NCBI GenBank assembly: GCA_051252375.1
Contig: JBPOFY010000009.1
Span: forward strand, 32,001 to 96,000
Length of the DNA: 64,000 bases
Reading direction: 5' to 3'
DNA from: Opitutaceae bacterium
GTDB taxonomy: Bacteria > Verrucomicrobiota > Verrucomicrobiia > Opitutales > Coraliomargaritaceae
Shown here piece after piece: positions 6,877 through 16,988 of this stretch. A program made the position numbers and the translations under genes. The notes below the pieces were generated by a model that had not been told where the DNA came from, did no database searches, and saw only the letters and a list, made by a program, of their open reading frames with translations. Each line of letters starts with the position of its first letter. The stretch's first letter is position 1.

Positions 6877-9642
6877 CTACAATTCGACTTTAAAGTTGTA
6901 GGTCCCGGATTCCAATTCGAGTTTTACGTTTCCGTTTGGCGCGTCCATTTTTTTAACGCCGAGTATTTTCTCTGCAAGGTGACCATTTTCAGTAATGGAT
7001 GATACTGTCTGAAGATCTAGAACCGCCGTGGTGTTGACTGGCACACGTAGTTCAATGGCTACTGTATCGCCTTCACGTTTCCAGTTGCAGACAATCAGAC
7101 CATAGACCGAACGGTGTGAGCAGTTCACCCAGTCCAAGCCCTCGACGAAGCGAGGCTGCAGTTGAATGCGGTCGAACCCCACCGCGTCTGATGCGGGTTC
7201 AATACCGCCGATCCAGTTGTAGAACCATTGGCTGACTGAGCCGAACATCGGGTGATTGTGGCTTTTGCCTTCACTGTATTTTAAAGATTCCCACAAGGTG
7301 GTGGCGCCGTTTTCCAACATATGCCCCCATCCGGGGAAATCACGTTTATCCACCATAGCGTTGGCGACTTCGACTTGGTCTTCGCGGCTTAAAACATCCA
7401 ACATATAGCGAGTTCCAAAAATTCCGGTCGTGAGGTGTCCGTCGTGTTTTTCGATATCCTTCAGAAGATGGTCTAGCGCCAGCTGGCGTTCGTTTTCTGG
7501 TAGCATGTCGAGAAAGAGCGCGAAGGATTGAACGCTTTGGATGCCCGATCCAGCGACACCAGTTCCGTTAGCAACGCATTCCTTTAAATAGGCCTGCTTA
7601 ATGTCTTCGGCGAGCTGAGCGTATTCAGCGGCCTCGTCTTCTTTGCCTAGAATACCTGCCAACCGTGAAAGCATACGGGCAGATTCGCAGTAGAGCGGTG
7701 TAACCATCGGCGTCGACTTTTCTCTTTCTAGCGCCTCGTGGTCGTGCAGACCGCTGCGTATGATGTGATCATTATTGTTGGACCGGACTAACTCGAACCA
7801 GCGTTTACTGACGGTATATTGCTCTTCGATGATTCGGCGGTCGCCATAGTAGCGGTAGAGTTGCGTTTGGAGGTGCGGATGCGCCATGGCCCAGCCTACA
7901 CCACAATATTGAATGCCCACCGACGGAGCGGTGTCAGTCAACATACCATCCGGAAGCGCACTGTCGGCCCAGTCGCGTGTCGCCTTGGGGTAGAAGGTAG
8001 ACATGTCGTAGTTGAGCATGAAAGCGTCTGAAGTGGTGACTAGGTCGCCGCCATATCCAAACCGCTCACGGTGCGGGCAATCCGATTGCACGCCGAACAA
8101 GTTACTGAGGAACGTCCATTCGGTCATCTTTTGGATACCGTTGAACAGTTCATTGGAACTGGAGAACGACCCTACTGGTTCAACGTTGGAATTCATGCGC
8201 AGCCCCTTGATCGATTCTAGTGATGGAACGGAGGGGAGTCCGGTCAGTTCGATATAGCGGAACGCGTGGAAAGTGAATTGCGGCGTATAGTTTTCGCCAC
8301 CACCACGGGCAATGTAGTTGTCTTCCTGCCAAGCGATTGGGGGCGCGCCCGGATACTGTGGCTTTGATGCGTTTTTGATTTGTCCGCATACACTGCTCAT
8401 CGGATTCAGTGTGCCATCTTCATGCAACAGCTCGCCGTAGCGAATCGAGATTTCAGTTCCGGCGGGAACATCAAAATCGAAGCTAGCCCAGCCGCCAAAG
8501 TTTTGCCCCATGTCGATGATATAGATGCCCTTGTTTGGTTCTGTGACCTCAACGGGACGGATTTCCTTGGTCACCTTGATCGCTGGAAGCGGAAGCGCTT
8601 CTAGAGCACCCTCGGGTGCTGAAACAGTTTGTGCGGTGGACCAGTCACTATCATCAAGCCCGGGCTTATCCCAACCAGGGACTTCTTTGCGGGCATCTAC
8701 TTTTTCGCCGAGGTAGATGTTGTTGCGTAGGATCGGTCCCTGTGTGACTTTCCATGACACATCACTGGTGATCGATTCGCTGGAGCCATCAGCGTATTCG
8801 ATCTGGAGACGGGCTATGAATTGTGGACGTCCGACTGGTAAGTGCTCACGTAAGTTTTTGCGCCCCCACATACGCAGGGGCAGGGGGTTATACCAACCAT
8901 TGCCTAGTGAGACACCCAAACAATTGTTTTCGACTGTAAGGCTATGCGTCACGTCAAATGTGGAGTAGAACACGCGTTTGTCGGGGCGTGTCCAAAGCGG
9001 ATCAAGGTGTTGGTCGCCCACCATTTCGCCATTCAGGGATGCGCGATAATAACCCAGCGCAGTGATGTAGAGGCGCGCGGTTTTCACCGGACCCGTCAGC
9101 TTGAAAGGTTTACGGAAGAGTGGCGCCGGATCATCCTTGAAAAAGTCCTCGTCCTTTTCTGGCTGCGGTATGCCATCGTTGAGCCACTCCGCCTTCCAGT
9201 CCTCTGTCTTCAATAGCCCCATCTCCCAGTATGCAGGAGCTGACCATTCGGAGACCTTGTCACGACTGTCCCAGACTTTTACTTTCCAATAGCAACGCTG
9301 GCCAGAGCCCAGAGGTTTGCCAGCGTAGAGAATACCAACGTTCTGACTCGACTCGACTTTGCCACTGTCCCACAGGTCGCCGCGATCGTTCTTCAATCCC
9401 TCGGCGGTTGTGGAAACCAGAATGTGATAAGCACTCGGTTTCGCTCCGCGCGCATCCGATTGGAGCTCCCAGTTTAAGCGAGGTTCTGGATGTTCAATGC
9501 CTAGTGGTTGATCTCTATATTCGCAGCGCAGACGTGTTACACTCATCTCTTCTACGATTGCGTCTTCGGCAGAGAGATCTGCTAAGGGAGAGAGAAATGT
9601 CGCACATAAAGTGCACAGGCTGAATATTGATTTAACGCGCAT
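6877..9642 (-). CDS. GH78 alpha-L-rhamnosidase
   Basis: SDCPHRERFGYGGD, DMGQNFGGW, FTFHAFRYIE, GATTLWE and SHNHPMFGSV motifs; signal peptide. Confidence 0.93.
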   Translation of the reverse strand: MRVKSIFSLCTLCATFLSPLADLSAEDAIVEEMSVTRLRCEYRDQPLGIEHPEPRLNWELQSDARGAKPSAYHILVSTTAEGLKNDRGDLWDSGKVESSQNVGILYAGKPLGSGQRCYWKVKVWDSRDKVSEWSAPAYWEMGLLKTEDWKAEWLNDGIPQPEKDEDFFKDDPAPLFRKPFKLTGPVKTARLYITALGYYRASLNGEMVGDQHLDPLWTRPDKRVFYSTFDVTHSLTVENNCLGVSLGNGWYNPLPLRMWGRKNLREHLPVGRPQFIARLQIEYADGSSESITSDVSWKVTQGPILRNNIYLGEKVDARKEVPGWDKPGLDDSDWSTAQTVSAPEGALEALPLPAIKVTKEIRPVEVTEPNKGIYIIDMGQNFGGWASFDFDVPAGTEISIRYGELLHEDGTLNPMSSVCGQIKNASKPQYPGAPPIAWQEDNYIARGGGENYTPQFTFHAFRYIELTGLPSVPSLESIKGLRMNSNVEPVGSFSSSNELFNGIQKMTEWTFLSNLFGVQSDCPHRERFGYGGDLVTTSDAFMLNYDMSTFYPKATRDWADSALPDGMLTDTAPSVGIQYCGVGWAMAHPHLQTQLYRYYGDRRIIEEQYTVSKRWFELVRSNNNDHIIRSGLHDHEALEREKSTPMVTPLYCESARMLSRLAGILGKEDEAAEYAQLAEDIKQAYLKECVANGTGVAGSGIQSVQSFALFLDMLPENERQLALDHLLKDIEKHDGHLTTGIFGTRYMLDVLSREDQVEVANAMVDKRDFPGWGHMLENGATTLWESLKYSEGKSHNHPMFGSVSQWFYNWIGGIEPASDAVGFDRIQLQPRFVEGLDWVNCSHRSVYGLIVCNWKREGDTVAIELRVPVNTTAVLDLQTVSSITENGHLAEKILGVKKMDAPNGNVKLELESGTYNFKVEL

Positions 9643-9656
9643 TGAAGAAATTTCTC

Positions 9657-11957
9657 TTAACGTTCGAGATGTAGGCTTTGATTTAATTGGTAGGCGATCC
9701 CCGTCTCAGTATCCGACGTCCAAGTCTTATCGCGATAGACAACTTTGCAGGGCAAGCCGGATTTAGAATGGATGGTTGCGGAAACCAGTTTACCCTCGTG
9801 CCATGTCATATCCACCTCGAATCCACCGCGGGCACGGAGCCCTTTTACCGAACCGGTGCTCCATGCTTCGGGCAATGCCGGCAGTAGTTGGATTTGGTTC
9901 GCATGGCTTTGAACCAGCATCTCGCAATAGCCAGCGGTTGCGCCGAGGTTGCCATCGATCTGAAAAGGCGGATGTGAGCAGAATAGGTTCGAGTAGACGC
10001 CGCCTCCGCTCTTTCCGTAGATGGTCTTTGTTTCGCTGACCAAGTTGATCAGGCTACGCAGCAATTTATGCGCACGGTCGCCGTCTCCCAATCGAGCCCA
10101 GAAGTTTATCTTCCACGCGCGGCTCCATCCGGTGCTTTCATCTCCGCGAGCATTGAGTGAAACGCGCGCCGCTTCGGCTAGATCTGGTGTGAGTGCTGTG
10201 CTGATCTGACGACCGGGGTAAAGGGCAAACAGATGGGAAACATGACGGTGTTTGTCCTCAGGATCATCCTTGTCGATTTCCCATTCTTTCAGCTGTCCCC
10301 AGCGTCCGATCGCGGGTTTAAGGAGATCGTCGCGCATGGCCGCAATGTGATCGCGGAATTCCTGGTCGTCGCCTAATTCATCAGCCGCCTCAACGGTGTT
10401 GTTGAAAAGATCGTAAATGATTTCTTGGTCGTAAGTGACGCCTTCCTCGGGCTCATATTTATATTGCTCGGGCGACCAGCCGTCGGGCGTGACAAGTGTG
10501 CCGTCGGGACGACGCTTAAGGTGATCTTCCCAGAAGTGGCAGATTTCTTTCATGATCGGATATGCCTTGTTGCGGAGATATTCTTTATCGCGACCGAAGG
10601 CATAGTGTTCCCAGAGGTGCTGCGCATACCAAGCGCTTCCTGGTCCATTCCACTTCCAGAATGAAATCCCACAAGCATTGTTCATTGTCCGAACTGTCCA
10701 TCCGCGCACGTCGCCGTAATGCAGCTTCGTGAACTCCGCGCTCACCTCACGGATACTGTCGACATAGTCGATAAAGGGGACATGGCATTCAGCAATGTTC
10801 GCCGTTTCCACCGGCCAGTAGTTCATCTCCAAGTTGATGTTCGAATGGTAGTCGCCGGCCCAGACGGGAAGGTTACTGTGGTTCCACACGCCTTGCAAGT
10901 TGGCGGGTAGCGCACCGGGGCGGGAGCAACTGATCAGCAGGTAGCGACCAAACTGGCAAAACAGGGCCTCAAGTTCGGGGTCGCTTGTTTTATCGAGGGT
11001 GTAGGCTTCTAGGCGCTCGGCTGTGTTTTTCGCGAGTAAGTCTGGAGCGGTCTTGCCCAGATTGACTGAGAACCGGCGGAAGAGGGATTGATAATCCTCC
11101 ACGTGTGCGGCGAGTAGCGTGTCGACGCTTTGGGCGCTGGCGGAATCAACCTGCTGGGTGACTCTGACATGGGGATGTTCGCCGAGCCACTGTTTGGAGA
11201 AATCTTGTTCGAAATTGGTTCCCGCACCCAGCACGAGTGTAACGCTGTCGCATTTTTTAAACTCGAGACCTAGTGGAGCCATCGGCGACTTCCATGAGTT
11301 TTCCGCTTTGCCCCGTTTGAGTTCGCCGCCTTGGTTCAATACTTGCAGTTGGGATTCGTATTCAAAGCCGTTGCCGATCGCGCCCACTGCGCTGAAACGG
11401 TGATTTTTCAGTTTGATTTGGGCGTTATGCATATCCGTCAGCCAAATACGCCCAGTATAAGATGCAGGTTTATCAGCCGTAAGGTGAACGACGATCACGC
11501 GTGCCGGATGACTAGCGAAAGCGGTTTGTGTGTAATGAATGCCCTCATAATCATATTCGACAGTGTGGGTCGCACTATCGATGTCCAACTGGCGGCGATA
11601 GTTACTTACTTGAGTCGGATCGTGCCCGAGGCGAATGAAGATGTCGCCGAAGGCTTGGTGGGAACCGAGATTTTGTTCCTCTTCCTGTTGCGTGTCGCCA
11701 AGTAGCTTACTTTTTTTGGGCATACGGTCACCACTCCATAGACTGATCTCGTTGAACTGAATTCGTTCGATATCGGTGCCACCGAAAAGCATCGCCCCCA
11801 TGGGACCATTGCCGATCGGCAGTGCCTCTTTCATCCATGATTCTGCTGGCTGATCATACCAGAGAGTGAGGGGAGAGGTGGTCGCGTTAACGGTAGTTGC
11901 GAGTATAGTGATAAGCCCGATACATATCTTTAATACATGAGTTATGTTTAAGTTCAT
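9657..11957 (-). CDS. GH95 alpha-L-fucosidase
   Basis: ALPIGNG, NLQGVW, DYHSNINLEMNYW, HRHVSHL, HPPFQIDGNLG, GLRARGG. The real start is probably MNLNITH at 11957, which gives a signal peptide and avoids overlap with the next gene. Confidence 0.93.
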   Translation of the reverse strand: MNLNITHVLKICIGLITILATTVNATTSPLTLWYDQPAESWMKEALPIGNGPMGAMLFGGTDIERIQFNEISLWSGDRMPKKSKLLGDTQQEEEQNLGSHQAFGDIFIRLGHDPTQVSNYRRQLDIDSATHTVEYDYEGIHYTQTAFASHPARVIVVHLTADKPASYTGRIWLTDMHNAQIKLKNHRFSAVGAIGNGFEYESQLQVLNQGGELKRGKAENSWKSPMAPLGLEFKKCDSVTLVLGAGTNFEQDFSKQWLGEHPHVRVTQQVDSASAQSVDTLLAAHVEDYQSLFRRFSVNLGKTAPDLLAKNTAERLEAYTLDKTSDPELEALFCQFGRYLLISCSRPGALPANLQGVWNHSNLPVWAGDYHSNINLEMNYWPVETANIAECHVPFIDYVDSIREVSAEFTKLHYGDVRGWTVRTMNNACGISFWKWNGPGSAWYAQHLWEHYAFGRDKEYLRNKAYPIMKEICHFWEDHLKRRPDGTLVTPDGWSPEQYKYEPEEGVTYDQEIIYDLFNNTVEAADELGDDQEFRDHIAAMRDDLLKPAIGRWGQLKEWEIDKDDPEDKHRHVSHLFALYPGRQISTALTPDLAEAARVSLNARGDESTGWSRAWKINFWARLGDGDRAHKLLRSLINLVSETKTIYGKSGGGVYSNLFCSHPPFQIDGNLGATAGYCEMLVQSHANQIQLLPALPEAWSTGSVKGLRARGGFEVDMTWHEGKLVSATIHSKSGLPCKVVYRDKTWTSDTETGIAYQLNQSLHLER

Positions 11958-11976
11958 GGCTTCTATTGTGAATCGA

Positions 11977-12741
11977 TTAATTGAGTGGTCCCCATATATC
12001 AGCCAGCAGTTTATAGAATGCGGGGTCATGATTCTTGAGCTCAGCCGCGACAAAGGGGTAGAAATCGTTGCGGTAGAAGTAGGCTTCTGTGCCTTCGGCG
12101 AAATATTCCTTGTGATTGGTTGCCCCGTAGTGGCGCACGGTCTTTCCATTGAATAGCAGCGCCTTGTCATAAATCCCCGCTGCCATTGCATCGTCGTAGG
12201 CTTTGATGATTCTCGGATCGTTAAAGCTTAGGTATTGGTCGTGATAGGCATGTGCCAATTCGTGGAGGATGACTGCTGGGTGTTTCAGCATTTGATTCCG
12301 GTCGAGAAGACTGGCTGCTCTTGGAATGTGCACTTTCTTGGACAGTCTTGGATCATGCCCATTTTGCTTTAACCATTTGATGCTGGGATGGTATTGCATG
12401 TTGTCCAGCGCGTGATTGGACTCGATCCATATTTCGAGTATGCGCATTTTTTTCAGTTGTTCCTCTGGCATCAAAATAGCGATCCGCTGGAGATGATTCG
12501 CCAGCATTTTTAAAGCCTCCGCGCCCTGAGGGTATTGCTCTGCATCCAACAGTTTCGGTTCGATGTGAATCTGCCAACCTTCGATGTTTTTGACGATAGG
12601 ATCGAAATGAATAACTGCGGCATTAGCTTGTGGTTCGGCTACGTTCTTGGCAGAGAGTGTCGCAAGGGGAGTTAGCACGGTTGCGCACAAAGCGCATATG
12701 CTGACCGTGTATCGTATGCGAAATAATTTCATAATAATCAT
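11977..12741 (-). CDS. Secreted zinc metallopeptidase (HEXXH, MtfA/anthrax lethal factor-like)
   Basis: ILHELAHAYH plus downstream YGATNHKEYFAE; signal peptide. Confidence 0.8.
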   Translation of the reverse strand: MIIMKLFRIRYTVSICALCATVLTPLATLSAKNVAEPQANAAVIHFDPIVKNIEGWQIHIEPKLLDAEQYPQGAEALKMLANHLQRIAILMPEEQLKKMRILEIWIESNHALDNMQYHPSIKWLKQNGHDPRLSKKVHIPRAASLLDRNQMLKHPAVILHELAHAYHDQYLSFNDPRIIKAYDDAMAAGIYDKALLFNGKTVRHYGATNHKEYFAEGTEAYFYRNDFYPFVAAELKNHDPAFYKLLADIWGPLN

Positions 12742-12750
12742 GTTGGAATA

Positions 12751-15744
12751 TTAATCTTGGCGTTCGAAATACCATGTCGAGAAGCGTGACGCGATGACCA
12801 TCTTCCGGGCTTCCTGAGAATCCAGCTCCATCGTGCACATTTGATCGGTTACATACATGAATAGTTTTCCGATTCCCGCATCCTCGGGGTTTTCGAAAAT
12901 GTCATCGGGGTAATCATACCACCAATAGCCGTATAGGTTCTTCTCATTGTTTTTGATTGTGAAAACGCTGCCGCTTTCATTGAAGTCAAACGCTTGGGGA
13001 GTGACCGCTTTCGCTTCACCTTGCCCGCGCTTGATCGCGGTGAGTATCCATTTCCCCACGACTTCCTTATCCTTGGGACCATTGAAGGTTTGTGGGTCGT
13101 CGCTCTCGGAGGTGACTAGACGTGGATCGGTGATCTTGGGCAGTGGTCCTTTAATGAAATCACTTTTGAGGGACATGAACAGCTGGTCGTTTTTAGTTAT
13201 GAATGCCTCAATGGTCGCCGATTCCTCGAGCTCGAATGGACCTGTGTATTCGAGCGGTGTCGAACCGTTGATCGAGTAGGCGATATTGAAGTCGGCTTGT
13301 TCAAGTTCTCCCCGAAGTGCGATTCGGTTCAATGCAATGACGATGGTCGTGCTTTCAGGGAAGAGCGTGCGCCCTAGAATACCTGCACCCGTGACTTCGA
13401 TGCGCCCTGCTTTATCGGTGCTCTGGAAAATGCCCAGCGAGAGACCATTGAAAGTTTTACGGTGAGTCTCACGATGAGTGGTCACATCGACTGGATCGCC
13501 ATTGTCGAAGCCCAAGAGTTTAACCGGCCCGTCGATTTGATAGTCGATGCGGTTGCACGCCCACGGAACAAAGTTGCCGGCAGCATCCTTGATGGTCGTG
13601 GTTAGATGGCTGATGTCGAACCGGTCGGCAGCCATGTCCTGGTTGTCGGCGGTCAGTTCGATCTGCGTTGGATGTCCGGCAGTGTGGAAGACTTTTTCCG
13701 CAACGGCTGTATTGTCGCGGTAGCCGATGGCTTTTAGTGTTCCGGGCTGATAGGGCACCTTCCATACAAAATCAAGCAGCTCGCGCGGCGGCATCTTGCC
13801 GAGCGACTTGTCGTTGAGGAAGAGTTCCACCTCGTCGCAGTTTGAGTAGGCCACCACGGGGATTTCCACGCCGTCCATTCCTGGGTGCGTCCAGTGGGGT
13901 AGGATGTGCACCATTGGCTTGTCGGTCCATTGGCTTTGGTAAAAGTAATAGTGGTCTTTCGGAAACCCGCATAGGTCGATGATTCCGAAGTTCCAGATGC
14001 GTGCAGGCCATGTGCCCCCGCCGAATGAAGCTTCACCAAGATAGTCGAAACCAGTCCAGCGGAATTCGCCCATGATCCAAGGGGTTTCCTTGGTGCGTTT
14101 CCAGCAGGTGCGGGCAGTGATGCGCACGCCGCAGTTGTCGTAGGATGAACTGTAACGCGGATGACCATCAAAGAAGATCTGCTTGTCGTTATATGCAGGG
14201 AACGGATTCACCATGATGCTCTTGTTGCGCCACCAAGTAAGTGTGCGGTAGAATCCGCGGGTTTGAAGTGTGTGCGGCACTTCGGTGAGCACGACAGGTG
14301 TTTCAGGGTTTTCTTCGTGGAACTTTTCGAGGATTCCCGGTGTGCCACCCGGAGCATTGAATCCAGCAATATCGACGCCGTAGAGCAGGCTGCCTCCTGT
14401 GGTCGGACGGGTCGTGTCGTATTTTTTAACTTCGTCTGAAATGCGGTGATGATCCTTGATCCCGGTTTCATTGCCGATGCTGTAAATAATGACGGATGGG
14501 TGGTTGCGGTCGCGCTTGACCCAATTTTTGACATCTTCTTTCCACCAATCTTTGAAGTAGTGCCGACCGTAGTCATGCTTACTTTTTGCGCCCCAACCAT
14601 CGAACAATTCATCCATGACCATGATGCCCATTTCATCACACATACGGTAGAAGATGGGGCGGCGGGGGTTATGGGAAACGCGGATAGCATTGCAGCCCAT
14701 ATCTTTTAAAATTTGCAGGCGACGACGCAGGACTTTCTCGGGAATGGCTACACCGACGAGGCCTCCGTCTGAGTGTTCGCAAACCCCCTTCAGCTTAGTG
14801 GACTTTTCATTGAGAAAAAACCCTTCGTTTGGATCGAACCTCAAACTGCGAATGCCAAAGATGGTTTCGTTGGTATCAATTGTTTGTCCCGCGATTTGTA
14901 TTTCACTGGTCAGAGTGTAAAGGGCGGGGGAGTCTGGCGACCAGAGCGCTGGGTTACCGATGATCAGTTGATGCTTCACGATCGTCTGTTCGTTCGCGGG
15001 TAGTTGTTGCTCAGATGTCAAAGACGCGAGCTCGTTGCCATTCGCGTCACGTATGATGGATTTCACCGTGACCTCTCGCGCGGTAGCACTGCCGTTGTTC
15101 AGCGTCGATTCAATGGCGACGGTTGCTTTTGTCGCATCCACTTCTGGGGTTGTAACGAAAACGCCCCACTGATCGAAGTTGATTTTATTTTTGGTAATTA
15201 AGGTCACGTCGCCATAGATGCCGCAACCGGCATACCAGCGAGCGTTCGGAGCTTGTTCATTGTCGACTCGGACAACCAAGGTGTTGCTCCCGGACTGCAT
15301 TTGTTCGGAAATATCGAAGTAGAAACTGATGTAACCATAAGGGCGTCCGCCGACCTTCTCGCCATTCACCCACACTTCTGTGTTCATGTAGGAGGCATCG
15401 AAGAGTATAAGATACTGTTTCGTGGGATCGACTTGCCCGATCTCAAAGTTTTTACGATACCAGCCCAAGCCAGTTGGCAGATATCCGCCCTGTCCTCCGG
15501 AGGGGTTCTCTTTATCGTATGGTCCCAGTATGGACCAATCGTGGGGAACCGAAATCGTTTCCCAATCCGAATCATCGAAGTCCGGTTCTACTGCTTCGGG
15601 TGAATCGGAATGGCTGAACTTCCAGTCGAATGTCAGTTTCTCAGCTTGGTTTATATTCGCCCTTATCGATGTGGCTGTCGCTGAGGATATGGCACAAGCT
15701 CCGACGATAAGGAGACTGAGCAAGGCCTTCATTCTGATATTCAT
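12751..15744 (-). CDS. GH2 glycoside hydrolase (beta-galactosidase-like)
   Basis: VPHDWSI, KLKGVCEH, GCNAIRVSHNP, RDRNHPSVIIYSIGNE, WTGFDYLGE; C-terminal Fn3-associated-like segment plus an extra domain. Confidence 0.93.
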   Translation of the reverse strand: MNIRMKALLSLLIVGACAISSATATSIRANINQAEKLTFDWKFSHSDSPEAVEPDFDDSDWETISVPHDWSILGPYDKENPSGGQGGYLPTGLGWYRKNFEIGQVDPTKQYLILFDASYMNTEVWVNGEKVGGRPYGYISFYFDISEQMQSGSNTLVVRVDNEQAPNARWYAGCGIYGDVTLITKNKINFDQWGVFVTTPEVDATKATVAIESTLNNGSATAREVTVKSIIRDANGNELASLTSEQQLPANEQTIVKHQLIIGNPALWSPDSPALYTLTSEIQIAGQTIDTNETIFGIRSLRFDPNEGFFLNEKSTKLKGVCEHSDGGLVGVAIPEKVLRRRLQILKDMGCNAIRVSHNPRRPIFYRMCDEMGIMVMDELFDGWGAKSKHDYGRHYFKDWWKEDVKNWVKRDRNHPSVIIYSIGNETGIKDHHRISDEVKKYDTTRPTTGGSLLYGVDIAGFNAPGGTPGILEKFHEENPETPVVLTEVPHTLQTRGFYRTLTWWRNKSIMVNPFPAYNDKQIFFDGHPRYSSSYDNCGVRITARTCWKRTKETPWIMGEFRWTGFDYLGEASFGGGTWPARIWNFGIIDLCGFPKDHYYFYQSQWTDKPMVHILPHWTHPGMDGVEIPVVAYSNCDEVELFLNDKSLGKMPPRELLDFVWKVPYQPGTLKAIGYRDNTAVAEKVFHTAGHPTQIELTADNQDMAADRFDISHLTTTIKDAAGNFVPWACNRIDYQIDGPVKLLGFDNGDPVDVTTHRETHRKTFNGLSLGIFQSTDKAGRIEVTGAGILGRTLFPESTTIVIALNRIALRGELEQADFNIAYSINGSTPLEYTGPFELEESATIEAFITKNDQLFMSLKSDFIKGPLPKITDPRLVTSESDDPQTFNGPKDKEVVGKWILTAIKRGQGEAKAVTPQAFDFNESGSVFTIKNNEKNLYGYWWYDYPDDIFENPEDAGIGKLFMYVTDQMCTMELDSQEARKMVIASRFSTWYFERQD

Positions 15745-15761
15745 GTATGTGCAAGAAGAGT

Positions 15762-16988
15762 TTATGACTTTGCCTCATCTTTGAATAGAGCGGCGAATAG
15801 GATCAGAATGAATCCTGCAATGAGGGCAGGGGTGAGCCAGATCTTTTGCCATTGGATGACTTGCTCGACGACTGCGCCGGCTTCCACTGTGCTGGTGAAG
15901 TGCTGAACAACTTCGCCTGATAAGTTCGCGCCGATGACCATGCCTACGCCATAGGTGATGAATGCGATAAAGCCTTGGGCCTGCGCTTGGATGGCTTTGG
16001 GCGCGGCGTTGTCCACGTAGATTTGTCCGGTAACAAAGAAGAAGTCGTAACAGATGCCATGTAGGAGAATGCCGAGGTAATACATCCACACCAGTGAGTC
16101 CGGACTGCCAAATGCGAACAGTGCATAGCGTGCGACCCACGCAGACATGCCGATGAGTAGCATTTTCTTCACTCCGAGTCGGACAAAGAAGAAGGGCATG
16201 ACGACCATGAAGCAGATCTCAGACATTTGCCCCATCGTCATTTTGCCGGCCGCATTGGAGACCCCGACATCATTGAGGAACATGTTTGCGAAGTTGTAAT
16301 AGAAGGCCAGTGGGATGCAGATGAGCAGCGAGCCGATGACAAAGACCGCGAATGACCGCTGTTTCAATAACTTCAAAGTCTCTAGACCGAGCATATCGCT
16401 TATTGTGACTTTGTGCCCGAGTGATTTCGGTGGCGTGTCAGGTAAGAAGAAAGAGAGTAGCCCCAGTAGTATCGAGGAACCACCTGCGATGATGATGGGG
16501 AGGCTCTGCGCTTCCAACTTCAGGAAACCGATCAACAGACCCGCTACGATCCAACCAAGCGTGCCAAACACACGGATGAGTGGGAACTGTTTCTCCGGGC
16601 TACTCATTTGGTTGAATGAAATCGCATTCGCCAGACTGAGTGTTGGATTGTAGAAAATTGCGTAGGCGATCAGCACCCAGAACAGCGTCGTCGAGTTTTC
16701 AATCGTGCTAGCGTAAAACAAGATGAAGCCGCCGCAGATGTGCATGAACGCCATGACTTTTTGAGCTGCAAAAAAGCGGTCTGCGATCATGCCTGCAATG
16801 AATGGCGCGATCACGGCTCCCCAAGACATTGTGCTGTAGGCGCGACCGATTTGCTCGGGCTCAAAGTTGAGTCCTTTTGAGAGGTAGGTGCCCAGCGTGA
16901 CAAACCATGCGCCCCAAATAAAGAATTGGAGAAACATCATCACGGACAAGCGCGTTGAAATCGAAGTCGATAATTTATTTGGGTTCAT
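15762..16988 (-). CDS. MFS nucleoside:H+ symporter family permease (NupG/YegT-like)
   Basis: RLSVMMFLQFFIWGAW, IADRFF, LHGICYDFFFVTGQIYVD; about 12 hydrophobic segments. Confidence 0.9.
   Translation of the reverse strand: MNPNKLSTSISTRLSVMMFLQFFIWGAWFVTLGTYLSKGLNFEPEQIGRAYSTMSWGAVIAPFIAGMIADRFFAAQKVMAFMHICGGFILFYASTIENSTTLFWVLIAYAIFYNPTLSLANAISFNQMSSPEKQFPLIRVFGTLGWIVAGLLIGFLKLEAQSLPIIIAGGSSILLGLLSFFLPDTPPKSLGHKVTISDMLGLETLKLLKQRSFAVFVIGSLLICIPLAFYYNFANMFLNDVGVSNAAGKMTMGQMSEICFMVVMPFFFVRLGVKKMLLIGMSAWVARYALFAFGSPDSLVWMYYLGILLHGICYDFFFVTGQIYVDNAAPKAIQAQAQGFIAFITYGVGMVIGANLSGEVVQHFTSTVEAGAVVEQVIQWQKIWLTPALIAGFILILFAALFKDEAKS

Noticed and set aside
11958..12191. 78-aa N-terminal extension of GH95 overlapping the peptidase gene
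   Set aside because: ORF-caller artefact: Met 11957 gives a normal signal peptide and removes the overlap.
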